Assembly: GCA_964187785.1 (NCBI GenBank)
Contig: OZ076409.1
Span: 83,082,001 to 83,146,000, forward strand
Reading direction: 5' to 3'
Length of the DNA stretch: 64,000 bases
From: Amphiscolops sp. MND2022
Lineage: Eukaryota
Position numbers and translations under genes: made by a program. The notes under the pieces are model-generated. The model searched no databases. It saw only the letters and a program-made list of their open reading frames with translations, and had not been told where the DNA came from. Positions 1-12,273 of this stretch are shown in pieces; position 1 is the stretch's first letter, and each line of letters opens with the position of its first letter.

Positions 1-2
1 AC

Positions 3-2592
3 TTCCCTCAGGGATTGTACTTGGGCCGCCAGGAGTTACGGTGTTACAACATCGGGGTGCAAGATGTCCAGGGGGAGGCTCGCATAGATGAACGGGCATC
101 CTTGGTGGTTGCCTTTGGCAACACGATCCAGGAACCAATACCCTTGTACGGGATGGTGGACACCGGCTCGGGTGTTTCCATCCTCTCCCTCAAAGCCTAT
201 CAAAAAATTGCAGCAGCCCACGCCTTGAGCCTCCTGCCTTATGACATCCAACTGTATGCTGCCAATGGCAAAACAATCAACACCATCGGCATTGCCGAAG
301 ATGTCAGCTTCCAGTTGGGCGGACATACCCTTCGAACCAACTTTATAGTCATTGCCGATCACCTAGGTGCGGAAGACTTTTTGCTCGGCAGAAACTTCTT
401 GCGCACTTACAACGTCCTCGTGGACTTGACGGCCATGAGAGTCACCATACGAGACCCCAAAGCGCCACGCCACTTCAAACCCGTCCATGAGGTAAGTGAC
501 CATGAGCCATCCTTAGTGATATCCACCGAAAAGGTAGTCCTAGGCCCCTATGAGCGTAAGCTGGTGCGAGCCCAAATTATTTCTCAAAAGCACAATGAGT
601 ACCACTTCCGGAACGTAATGATTCGCCCCCTGGGGGTGCATAAACGGTGCCCCTTTGTTTCAGAAGATACATTGACGTCTGTTGGAGACGAGGGCATTGT
701 TTTCATAGCCGTACGAAACACTGCCGCCTTCGAAAACGTAACTATTCCAACCAAAACTGTCCTTGGTGAGGCGGAACCTACAAACTTTGTGTTGCAACCT
801 GTGGCTGCCGATACGGCAACCGAAATTGATAAATCTTTGTTTGAACAAGTTAATAGAGTCTATAGAGATGAGTGTTTGAGCGAAACGAGTTCGGAATTCA
901 GTTCTCTTGTTCAAAACTTTTTGTCCTCTACTGAGATGTCCGAGGAAGGGTTGTCGGAAAGTGAGAAGCATGCTAGGACAGACCCACAGTTACTAAAACC
1001 TATACCAGGTTCAGACCTCTCTTCCGTCCTTTCTTCATGGGGGGAGGGGGCGAGAGATCAACTAGCAAACGTCTTGAATGAGTACGATGATCTTTTCATG
1101 AAGCACAAGGCTGACATAGAGAGGTGCAAAATAGCGAAACATCGCATAGAACTAGAGCCAGAGGCTATCCCTCACAGAGAAGGCGCTCGGCGCATGTCCC
1201 CTGATAAGACAGCGAAGGCCAACCAAGAGGTGCAGACTTTGTTGGCCTTTGGCCTAATTCAACCCTCCTACTCGCCGTGGGCAAGCGGGATAGTCATGAT
1301 CAAGAAGAAAACAGGCGAACTTCGCTTCTGTTGTGACTTTCGGCCGCTCAACGACGTGACGGTCAAAGACGCGTTCCCATTGCCCAGGATCGATGAAAGT
1401 CTATCCCGGATTGGCAATGCGAAGATCTTTACAAGTATCGACTTAGCGTGGGCCTTCTGGCAGGTACCGCGGAAGAAACGCGATAGGAGGAAGACGGCGT
1501 TTGCCTGCGAACTAGGCTTATTCGAATGGCGGCGCATGCCCTTTGGGCTATGCAACGCTTCAGCCACATTCCAGCGCTCCATTACACGAGCCCTACAACG
1601 GATCCAGCAGCGACACGGGAGTGTCGTCATGGCTTACATAGACGACATCGTCGTCGCCACGGAAACCATAGAAGAACATATCGCACGAATCAAGGAAGTG
1701 TTCGAATGTCTCCGAGAGGCTGGATTCAAGATGCGTGCCGAGAAATGCGACTTCATGCGCACGGAGACAAAGTACCTGGGACGAGTGGTGTCCTCAGAAG
1801 GCATCAAGCCAGACCCCGAGGCAGTGATTAAAATCCAGGAATGGATGCCCCCGAGGAGCAGAGAGGAGCTTCAGAGCTTCCTAGGGTTCGCGAACTACTA
1901 CCGGGACTTTGTGCCGTTTCATGCAGCCAAGGTGCAACCCCTGCAGGAGTTGCTCAAGAAGAATCAGCATTTTCACTGGGAAGTGAAACACCAAGAGGCC
2001 TTCGATGCCGTGAAAGAGGCCCTAGCAAACGCGACCGCCTTGGCAGCCCCAAACGAAGACGGACGGTTCGTGCTCGATACCGATGCCAGCGCAGTAGCAA
2101 TAGCTGGAATCCTGCACCAGGAACAAGAATACAACGGGAAAACTGTCCTACGGCCAATAGTCTTCGGAAGCAAGTCCCTGACGAAAACGCAACTGAATTA
2201 TGGAGCGCCCAATTTGGAAATGTATGCAGTGTTTTACTTCATCGAGAAGTTCCATTCGTACCTCGCAGGCCGAGAGTTCACGCTCCGCGTGGACAACCAG
2301 GCCCTATCGTGGCTAAAAACATACTCCATGGACGAAGCCATGATAGGCCGCTGGATAACGCGTCTGGATCAGTACAACTTCAAAACGATCCACCGACCTC
2401 GCGCGCAGCACCGGAATGTGGACGGCCTCAGCAAACGGACTAACGACTATGTGCACCGAGAGAAAATCCTTGAGAAATTACCGGAAGTGAGCGAGGGATT
2501 CAACTTCATTACCCAGAAGGACTATGAAGCGCTTCCCACCGTGCCATACTTCGATAAACACGGATGCCTGATACCAAACCACCCAGAGCTTC
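3..2592 (+). pseudogene. pol: Pol part 1: aspartic protease, reverse transcriptase, RNase H (frameshift at ~2592)
   Basis: VDTGSG protease motif; YSPWASGIV, FCCDFRPLN, MPFGLCNA and YIDD RT motifs; DTDAS and RVDNQAL RNase H motifs. One missing nt at ~2592 joins ...IPNHPEL to PEARAQL... Confidence 0.93.
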
Positions 2593-4588
2593 TCCGGAAG
2601 CTCGAGCACAACTCCCACTGCTGTACATCTTGGGGAAGGGGCCCAAAACGAGCTTGCAAGAGCCCTCGGCGAGTGATGCCCCGTGGTACCCTCAAGTACA
2701 GTGGGAAACGACGCCCACCATCGATGAGGATCACCGACCAAACCATATCCTCAGCATCGCAGCCGGAGTGCCACCGGCACGCCTAGACACTGGAGAACCT
2801 GACCCGGCGCTTGAAGGGATGCCACCCGAATGCCAAAGACAAGCCCATGCCCTCAAGACTGTTGGGACAGAGCTGCAAGAATACTTTCTAACTAAGCGCG
2901 GCCTCAAAGATCTGCACTTAGCGCAGCGTAGGGATGTGCACCTCTTGGCGCTGAGAAAACTCATGAAAGGCGAACCATTGGAGGACGCCATATTCCCCGA
3001 AGACGTGCAGGACTTCGCGCGGCGCTACTTCCACCAAAAGAAAGACCTGCTTTTCCTGAATCCGGACGACATCCTCTGCGTCAACTACGTTCCGCAACAG
3101 CGTGCGCTGCACGTGCGACCGTGCATGATAGTCATGCCCCAACTATACCAACACGAGATCTTGTATAGGGCGCACGACGAATCGGGACACCAGGGTGTAG
3201 GGAAGGTGCTAGCAAGAGTACAAGAGCGACACACTTGGCCGGGCATCAAGCGTGACATAGTCAATCACATTAAGCACTGCCTAACCTGCCAGCAAACCAA
3301 ACACCCTGCCGGAAACCCCTGCTACCCCCTGCAGAACATCAACAGCAGCAACTTCAACGACCTAGTGCAATTTGACCATCTGAAACTGTGCAAAACCGAG
3401 TCGGGTAACACCGGTCTCTTGGTCATAATAGACCACTTCCCGAAATTCGCCGAGGCTATCCCCTGTGCCCACGATGAATATGATGCCCAAACCACTGCCA
3501 AGATTATCCTCAATAAATGGTTTGCCAGGCACGGCACTCCAGCCCGTATGCAATCGGATAATGCCACGAATTTCACAGCTGAAATCGCGCAGGAGTTAAT
3601 GAAGGCGTCACAGGTGACAAAGGTGACATCCACACCGGCGCATCCCCGAGGAAATGGTCTTGTGGAGAGACAGAACCGAACACTGCTTACGTTGCTCCGA
3701 GTCTACACGTCGCGGCGAATGCAGGATTGGGACGAGCACATCGATGGAATCCTTGGTGCCTACAACTCAACTAGGCACGCCACCACGGGATTCTCTCCCT
3801 ACATGCTCCAACATGGAGCCGAAAAGTCCATTCCCTTATCATTCATCTACCCGGAATTTGCTGCGCGAGGATTCGACTCCAAAGAAGAATTCGTAGAACA
3901 CCTTCTGGCCAGGCAACAAGAAATTCACGAACTAGTTATAAGAAACACACACCAAGCACAGCTAAGGCAAAAGCTAAAGTTTGACCGCCACCTCAAGGCC
4001 AAAGCGCACGCCGTAGGCGATGCGGTGTGGGTGTTCTGCCATATCATACCTAAGGGTGGCACCCGCAACCTGATTCGCGCATGGCGTGGACCCCACAAGG
4101 TGACTGATGTGTTGCAGGACGGACGACTATATGTGCTAGACACCGGTCAAAAGGTCCATTACGAAAGATTGAAAAGACACGTGCCCGCCCCCTGGGACTG
4201 GGCTGCACACCAACCCTTTGGGCTGGACCAGAATGTAGCCATCATTGCCGATCCGTACGTGGAAGAAAGCAACGAAGAGATAACGTCGGACATCTCTCGA
4301 GACTCCTTCATACCAGAACAACTTCCGGAAGCGTCGTTCGAAATGGAACCGACAGGATCGGTCCCACCCCGCACCATTCAGACTCGTACGCAAACGGCCC
4401 TCGAGCAAGGAATACCCCGAAGAAGATTCAGTCACTTCGGATATCCCTCCGACTCGGACTCAGAAAGGGAAGAGAATGAACCGACAGTCCAGAACCCAGC
4501 ATCGCCAGCAGTGTTCCCCGACCTAGACGACCTAGAGCCACTGTACTCTATCAGGAGGAAGTTCAGCCAGCCGCACCTCCTAGTCTGA
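2564..4588 (+). pseudogene. pol: Pol part 2: integrase (HHCC zinc finger + DDE core)
   Basis: AHDESGH...CLTC zinc motif; VQFDH, QSDNATNF and NGLVERQNRT catalytic motifs; WRGPHKV GPY/F-like motif. Confidence 0.93.
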
Positions 4589-6510
4589 TATCATCCCCCT
4601 CAGGGACCTCGGCCCCACTACTATCTAATCCGTCTCTGACATATACCCTAAGCAACTTTCCCCTGTTCGGCCCCCGATCGGAGAACTCAATCAGTCCAGT
4701 GGAAACAAAACCACCGTCAGGAACCGAGGGAGAGGAAGAGATGGTCCATCAAAGTCCAGTCCAGTGCTCAACACATCCCGATACCACCAACCGCAGAGGA
4801 AGGCCTCGAGGCCGACCACCAGGTCGAGGACGACCCCGCGCCATGCCATCCAGTAAGACCACAACATCTTCGCGAACACAAACCACGCGACCCAGAAGAG
4901 GCCCTAAGACAAGGGTAAGCACTCGAGCACCCCCTCGAATACTGGACCGAGCCATGACACTACCAGAGATACCCGAGACCCAATCACCACCGGAAAACCG
5001 GAACTCTGAGATAGGACCGTCATCGCAAACATCACGATATCAACTGCGAGCTACTAGAGCACCGCGGTATAAGTGTGGAACCTGTGGTTCCCGTAACTGT
5101 ACTTGCGTCAAGCGACTGGCCTGCGATTCGCCGGACCACCGATTGGCCCGGGGAGCGGTTATCCCTGCAAGAGAATTCTCAATGGCCAGGGCACCATATC
5201 ATCCACAACACGCGATCCTGACCGTGCAAGCCCAGCGAGAAAAAGTTGAGACCCCTCCGCTGGTACACCACCTAGTCATCACGGTAGAGAAAACTATCAC
5301 TAGCGTAGAGCGAGAAGTGATACCACCGCTGGAAGAAACGCTCAGAGCAATGCACACGACATCTCCCTCCGACTGCCCCACTTACCGATTCAAGGAGTGG
5401 ACACCACCCCTCCGAAGCGGTCTGGAGTTCGCTCTCCATGCCATCATACCGCCCTTGCCACCCTCAATAACGTTCGGCGAGCTAGCGGAAAAGGACAGCG
5501 GCCCAGAAATGGTTCGCTGTATCACCGCACACCAACTGTGGGAAAAATACGGCATTGCCTCCCCGCCGGGAGACAAATACCAGCCCACCAAAGGATGGTG
5601 GCTACTCGTCACCTCTCTCGACGCAACGACGTTGGTGTCTCCCACAACGCTATTGATGTGCTTAGAGAGCTTGCGCACTGTAACGGAACCTGAGAATACA
5701 CTTTGTTTCCACCTGACCGACGTCTATCGCGGCAAGTTCCTGAGCCAACATTGGCTACAATTGATTGCGATCATCTTCTGCCGACAGGCGAAGATATACT
5801 TCTTGGACCGACAATCTTATACACCGGAAAAACCTGTCACGGTCAACGAAGCACTCTCCATAGCACACGATTGGTCATCCACCAACATGGGAGGTAGACC
5901 GCTACGCCGCACCGTCTGGGAGGACCGCAAAGCGATCTTACAGCACCTAGCACCCCAACCTGATGGTGACCAGAGCAATACTACTGGTAAATGGCTCATA
6001 ACCCAGCCCAAGACCAGACCAAACTACCTACCTTGGATACCTTATGCCAATACAGATATCCTGCAGGCCCCTGGCACTGTGATACTGTGTTGCCCGGCAG
6101 ATTTGCTCTCCTACTCTGCCACCACCCGTTATGTTATTCGCGAATACGGTCAGGAAAACATATTTCGCCTGAGGCCGGCAGTCGGCACCGCAATTCGTTT
6201 AGTCCGCTCGCCAACTGCACCTTGGAATAACGAAATTTTCCTTCTATGTACCCGAGCATCGAATAAACACCCACTCTTACATGAAGTACTCCATGCCTGC
6301 TTGACGAATTTGATACTCCAGCTCCATCGAAACCAAATTACCAGAATCCACTTGCCCATATATGATCCCGAGCGGTCGATGAACCTCCTATCAGCCTGGT
6401 ACGCCACGCTACGCGATCACTTTGCAGACCAGAATTTTGCGATAATCTTGCACGATCGCGTCTATGTCTCGATAGCATCGGTGACGTCAGTCGATTTTGG
6501 CGGTAAATAG
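4552..6510 (+). pseudogene. Pol C-terminal extension: low-complexity linker, CxxC-x4-CxC cluster, two macro-like domains
   Basis: Frame is open from 4552 (QEEVQPAAPP...) into ORF 4699-6510 and joins the integrase frame with one nt at ~4549. C-terminus aligns by eye to the TARG1/OARD1 macro domain. Confidence 0.75.
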
Positions 6511-6843
6511 GAACACGTTTCGTTCTCCTCTTGGCAAACCAGGCCACTGGCCTTTTGTATTGCCTTTTTGTAACTAGGAAAGCACTTTGGGTTTTAACAA
6601 TAATGCACCGGTGAGTGCAAATTTTAGTAAATAACCACATGAACATTTTAGCCTTATATTTTGTGTGTTCGTCCCAAAAAGTTTGAGTGACCATCAGTTT
6701 ACGTGACATTTTAACTCCAACTGTGACCTGTTTTTCAGTTTTGTCCTGTTGCTTCGCCTCTGCGCGGCTTCCCCAGTTATCACACCAAATCAGTCTTGCC
6801 ATCACAATCTTCGGTGCTAAACACTCCTTTATCATCATTTCCA

Positions 6844-9800
6844 ATGGACGCATCTGCGCGAAACCGCCTGCCTGCACCCCAAAACGCTGCGCGTACCCAA
6901 CAAACCACAAGGAGCGATGCACCTCCAATGACGAGCGAAATAGATGGTCGAGTCGACCAACTAGCTCTTGTTCAAGACACTCTACTAAACGGAGCGACGC
7001 CCACAATGATCGCTGGCTTTGCCATGATCATCGCCCAAATCCAAGCCCAGGCGGCGTACTCCGATGTCAGCCTCACCATCACCAGCCGCGTCGGCCCGAT
7101 AGAGCGCTCTGCCACCTTTCGCGACGGTGCCTGGCACGGGTACGACTTGACCCATAGCCTGATAGATCCCCGCTCCCACATAGTCTTTGGAGAACCTACT
7201 AGGCCCCCCATGGACCAGGAGCGATCATTGCGCATTTCACAATCGGTGTTGCAGACACCAACTACAACCCAGTTGCCCTCACCACACCCTGTACAATTCA
7301 GCTGCACACTGCCAATGGTGCCACCCCCAGTGCTAACACCGCCCATGCCTCTGGCATCGGACGGCATCCGACTGCTCACAACCCAGACATCCAACTTCAT
7401 GCTTCCATCTGCCTTCCAGGGGGGAGGGGTGCAAGTAGGTAACACAACAAACACCACCCTGAGCGAGGAACAGCCCAGAGAGAGCCGCCCCGCGAGAACA
7501 GTGACGTTCAAGGACTCTTATGAAGAATTGATCCAAACGTCCTCCAGAGCCGAACCACCACAAGTCTCGGAACCAGCCAGCCTAGTAGGCTTCCAGATGG
7601 ACCCACAATTGCGAGAACGCCAACGAGAACAGCAGAAAGCTGAGAGCAAGGCGGCCAGCACCGTGGTAGACCTCCGGGAGAAGATTAACGCTGGGAAGCG
7701 AGCTAGAGAGGCGGCCGAGCAGGCTGGGCAATCGAGCTCGACCACTACCCCGCAACCCCCCTCTGCATCGCCCACACGACCAGAGACCAGGAGACCGAGA
7801 GTAATGCGCGAGCTCCTAACACATGCAGAAAAACGGCAGCTGGATATCACTGCACGCGACGCACTGCGTCTCCAGTGGGAAGTGCCAACCACGACGTCAT
7901 CAGAAGGCCCACTACGACAGAAGTTCGAGGTCGCTACTGGAACAGGGGACCTCGCCACAAGGCAGAAAATAGAGAAAGCCACAGTGGGAGTACTCTACAA
8001 TCGCCCCGTCAAGAAACCCGTGTTCACTCGAGACGGATGCCCCCATGGTTTAACCGCATGCGGGCAGAACTAGAGAGAGTAAACTCAACGTACATGCGTG
8101 TTCCTGACAGCTTCCTCTGACAGCGCCCTGGCCGCTTTGACGAAGACCGCCTGCGAACCAAGAACTATGCACGGGACCCTGTTACAATCTTGCCCATGGG
8201 AAAGGACCTCCTACAGAAAACTAGGATAGCCTTCTTCGTCGACTCGACGATGAAGTCTTCCTTCAATTCCCACAACACCCTCATGGATGTAAGAATACTA
8301 AATATGCCTTGTACCACGCTGAACGAGATGGCCGAAGTGACTGACAAAATGTTCACCCAAGCGGGAACAGAAACCATCCCACTTCCTCCGTTGTTGGTAT
8401 ATTCGAACGTAATAGACCACCTCGCTCTGCGGGGCACCCTGGAATTCTTCCGGCCGGACCATGAGAGGTTCACCGAGGGGTTCGTCACTGACGAGGTAAC
8501 TAACTATGTGGAGACCATGGCCAACATTGTCCAAGCCATGCGCAGAAAGAAAGCCACCACTGGGACAGTGTTGATGTCACCTCCAGGCTACGTATACCTT
8601 CCCCGGACCCTTCAACAATTATGGTACTTAGTGACGGAGGCCGCATATGCAAGAGATCTGCCTTTCTATATCGTGGCGCCCAACCTACGCATCAATAACA
8701 ACAGTTGGCGTCCCTGCGAAGCTTCGTACCCGGCCTTCATCGCCGAAGTCTCCAAAGCCCTCCAGTCATACGTTGGTTACCGCGGCAATTCCCAAATGAT
8801 AATAGATGAGGCCACAGCATTCGACTATGGCATGGAAATGGCCCGTCGATCGATGAGCGAGCGCGGAGACAGGATAGTAAATGATCCAAACGAAAATGAG
8901 CGTGATAACCTGGTGGATAACCTCTGGTTTGAACGCCGAGATGAATCCACCCTGGATGAAAAGACGCACGAACCCAAGTTCCACAAAGAACTCACGAGCC
9001 TGATGAAGAAAACTGAAACGATTCAAAGCGATAGGAAGAACTCGTCCATCTTTCTTATAGCGCAAGTATCGGTGGACGCTGAACCTGGACTAAAATCACC
9101 TACCTTAGCCATGTTGTCAATACTGGCCCAAGATATAGTACGAAGGAATACTCGAGAGCCAACACACACGTACCGAACATGGCACGACCAACTGCGGGAA
9201 CCTCTAAGCCAAGTCGCGGAGAGACTAGGCATACCGTTTCCTGTATTCCTTCACAACATCTCTCCCTTCTGGCTTCCCTCCCTAGTACAGGTCGAATACG
9301 GCCTAAATGAGCAACGGATGCGCTTGTACATGGATGCCATGGAAAGAGCCACCATCAGCGAAATGCTAGCATACTTGATGGCCGTGGGGTTGACTATGAT
9401 GTACCGAGGACCGTCATCCCTCATACAAAAACTCGTGCTTAACAAAGGAGGCTCAGCCCTGTTCAGCTTCTTGATCTTTTTGCAAAATCAAAGGAGCTGG
9501 ATATATGCGCTCATTGAAACTCTGGACCCGGTGGGTTCCTTGAAATTGAAAGCGCAACTAGATTTAAACATTCAAGCTCTCCTGATATGGATTTATTCCA
9601 CCTGGGTCAATGTTGCTGGCATCATGCATCCTCTGGATGAGTGCCCGGCTATCAACCGAGACCCCAGTCAACTTCCAGGGTTCCGGTTCCCGACACAAAT
9701 GGCAACATTGATGCTCGTGGAAACTGAGGACTTGATCCCATTCATTGCTCCTATAACCTGGCCCATCTTCGGCGCAGTTATGGCCTTGCGGTATCCAACA

Positions 9801-10961
9801 AAGGCCTTGCGAGTGGCTGCAGTAGCCCCATCGCTCTCAATTCTACACTTCGTGACCTCCAATGGGCCCCTTCAGGGTCCCACCTATCAGTCAATAATAC
9901 GTAACTTCGCCAACTTACGACCTCCCATGGCATACACCATAATCAAGGACCGCCAACAGGTGGAGCATAACTACCTGATGATGATCAAAGCGCGAGCACG
10001 CAGCTCGCTCCCACTGCCAATGGAAATCCACCCGGTCGCTTGGCTACATGCCCCCCTTAACCCAAACAATGGAACAGTGGCAACTTTTGATGGATGGGAC
10101 GTGCCAGTTGTCTTGCGCATCTTGAGTACAATTATCCAAAGATTGGGTGGTCGCCGGAAAGGAGAAGAGCCCACTGGGTTGTTATATCCCTATGCATGCG
10201 ACACTTCTAGAGTGTACTGTGCAAGAGCGGAGCCCCGTGATCATACCGCCAGAATTCTAAACACCATCACGTGCTGGGCCCAGCCGGAACTCGTAGACCT
10301 CGCCATCCACCAGACATTTCAACAGCTGCTAACAACTGTTCCAACTGTAGCGAGAGAACCCAACAGAAAGGACCTGCCCGTGAGCAAAGACGTTCCCAGT
10401 AACCCGCGCATTGCGCTAGAGATATTCGTGCGCCTGCATGGTCTCCAGCGAGAACAGACTCGAGCTGTAGGCGAACAGTACGCTAGGGGAATACTAACAT
10501 TTAAGCAGCTATTCACCCAGCATGGTCATCAAGAACTGGCGGACGGACTGCCAAACCTAGAGCCAACCGAAGCTATCCCGGGAACTAGCGGGTTGGGCGA
10601 AGCTGCCTCTGGCAGCCCCCAGACCGTCCCTCCCACATCCTACCTTACTCAAGACACCGATGAGTCATTGATGGAAGGGGTACAAGACGAAATCTCAAAC
10701 GTCATGCCACCATCAGAGGAGCCCATGACCGACAATAATTTCACACTCTCTGATGCCGCTACCCCTGTAAGAGACGAAGCGGAGACTAGTATCTCAAACA
10801 TGGAGGCGGCGGACATAGAGTCGGAGCTTAACAACCTACTGACTATGGATGAGGAATCATCGCCCCCCTCCGAGGCGCCCGATTCGGCCGTCCAAAATGC
10901 AGTAAACACCATGGCCAGCACTTCCACGCAGGAAGCCCCACAAGATCAGCTGTTGGGATAA
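6844..10961 (+). pseudogene. Extra ORF2 of element A (~1370 aa) containing an SGNH/GDSL-esterase-like domain
   Basis: ATG at 6844. ORFs 6796-8073 and 8190-10961 join via a 1-nt frameshift at ~8036 and an in-frame TGA at 8118-8120. Lies between pol and the PPT. Confidence 0.75.
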
Positions 10962-11544
10962 AGGAGTCCTCTGGACCCTCCAACACCACTGGAATGCTGT
11001 AAAACACAGAAGATCTTATCGTCAAAACATTGGTGCAAACTTTTAGTTTTAGTTATGCTACGTTATCTCACTGGTGCTGAAAACTTTCGGTGCAATGAAG
11101 TTTGATTTCAAAATTTTTGTTTGATATTTACTTTATTATGCTACCAATGCAACAATACGATATCGCTATATCCTCTGGGCGGGTCCCGGTTCGGTACCCT
11201 CCCGTTTTGATTTGAATTTAAAACTTCTACTAAGCCCAAAAGCTGTTGTTACTCACCTGGCCGCGCAGGGGCCCAATTTTAGAAAAAGAAATTTTAACTT
11301 GGACTGAGTGATTAATGAAAAAGCTTCTTTTTTTAGGAGCCGACTGTAGAGTTTTTAACCTTGAAACTAGTGCTTTTTGAATTTGATGGCTTTGGAATGC
11401 TAAACATGCAGTAACGAAACGAAAAGAATAGCAATGTGAGATCAATTTAATTCAGCTCTGATGTAAGATTTTTTTGTGTAAATCTCAGAGTACCCTTTGG
11501 GTGCGTACATCCTCTCGTTTGCCGAGGACGACAAACTACGGCCC

Positions 11545-11552
11545 GGGGAGGA
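11545..11552 (+). promoter_or_regulatory. Polypurine tract of element A
   Basis: GGGGAGGA immediately before the TG of the LTR. Confidence 0.8.
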
Positions 11553-12273
11553 TGTAACGTCCACCAGTCAGCACCAAATTTTCGATGAAAAGTTCGATCA
11601 AGAACCAGAAAGTGTGCGAATCAAAATGGCCGACCTGGCAGGTCGTTGAAACCAAAAAAGAAACAAAAAGAAGAGAGAGAACGCCCGAAAAAAGAGCAAG
11701 GAAGAAAAGGAACCAGAAAGCAGAGCGACTATTGACATGAAGACTCGCATAGTGCCGAAAGTGACGAATGCTACCCGGTGTTGTGCCATCCCTCTGGGAG
11801 AGAATGCAAAACCGTTCCAGAAGGACATGACTGGATTCCCGAAAACCTACAAACAGTAACTGTACTCCCTTTTGGGGCTCGTCCCCCTTAATTTGTTGAT
11901 TCGTAATATATTCTTCTGTTTAGCTTATGCCAGACCTTCTAGGTCAGCATTTCATATACCTAACTGTCAAAATGGTATTTTTTGGATAAACACTTTTTGG
12001 ACCTCGGAAGTATGTAGGAAGTCGTAGGAAGACTTAGAATTATGTAGGAACGTTTTTACAGGCTTGTGGGGCGTGTCCGGACTTTGAGAGTGCCGGCGCG
12101 TCGCCTCGGAGCTCTAACTAGAGGAGTCTCCTTAGACGTTAGAAAAGTCCCCCATGGAGACCATTTTGGGAGAAAAGCCAGTGTCTAGGAGTGTAGTAAG
12201 ACAACGGTCTCCTGTTTAAGCACCCTAGGCATTGTCCCACTTCCGGGATGTGCGCCGCTAGCCGGACGTTACA
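11553..12273 (+). repeat. 3' LTR of element A (721 bp)
   Basis: Perfect 10-bp terminal inverted repeat TGTAACGTCC/GGACGTTACA, follows the PPT, abrupt switch to AT-rich DNA afterwards. Confidence 0.88.

Larger units (their letters stand above)
1..12273 (+). mobile_element. Ty3/Gypsy LTR retrotransposon A (5' part outside window) with extended Pol and extra ORF2
   Basis: Domain order PR-RT-RNaseH-IN, then PPT and an LTR bounded by TGTAACGTCC...GGACGTTACA; visibly more GC-rich than the DNA after 12273. Confidence 0.95.

Noticed and set aside
500..790. dUTPase between protease and RT
   Set aside because: Beta-rich spacer common in Gypsy Pol; catalytic dUTPase motifs not visible
2585..2600. Programmed frameshift between RNase H and integrase
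   Set aside because: No slippery sequence; a single-base deletion explains it, like the lesions at ~4549 and ~8036
36..10927. Numerous short antisense ORFs over element A
   Set aside because: Shadow ORFs expected opposite GC-rich coding sequence; no motifs
6844..10961. ORF2 of element A as an envelope gene
   Set aside because: No signal peptide, furin site plus fusion peptide, or C-terminal anchor; C-terminus is acidic and low-complexity
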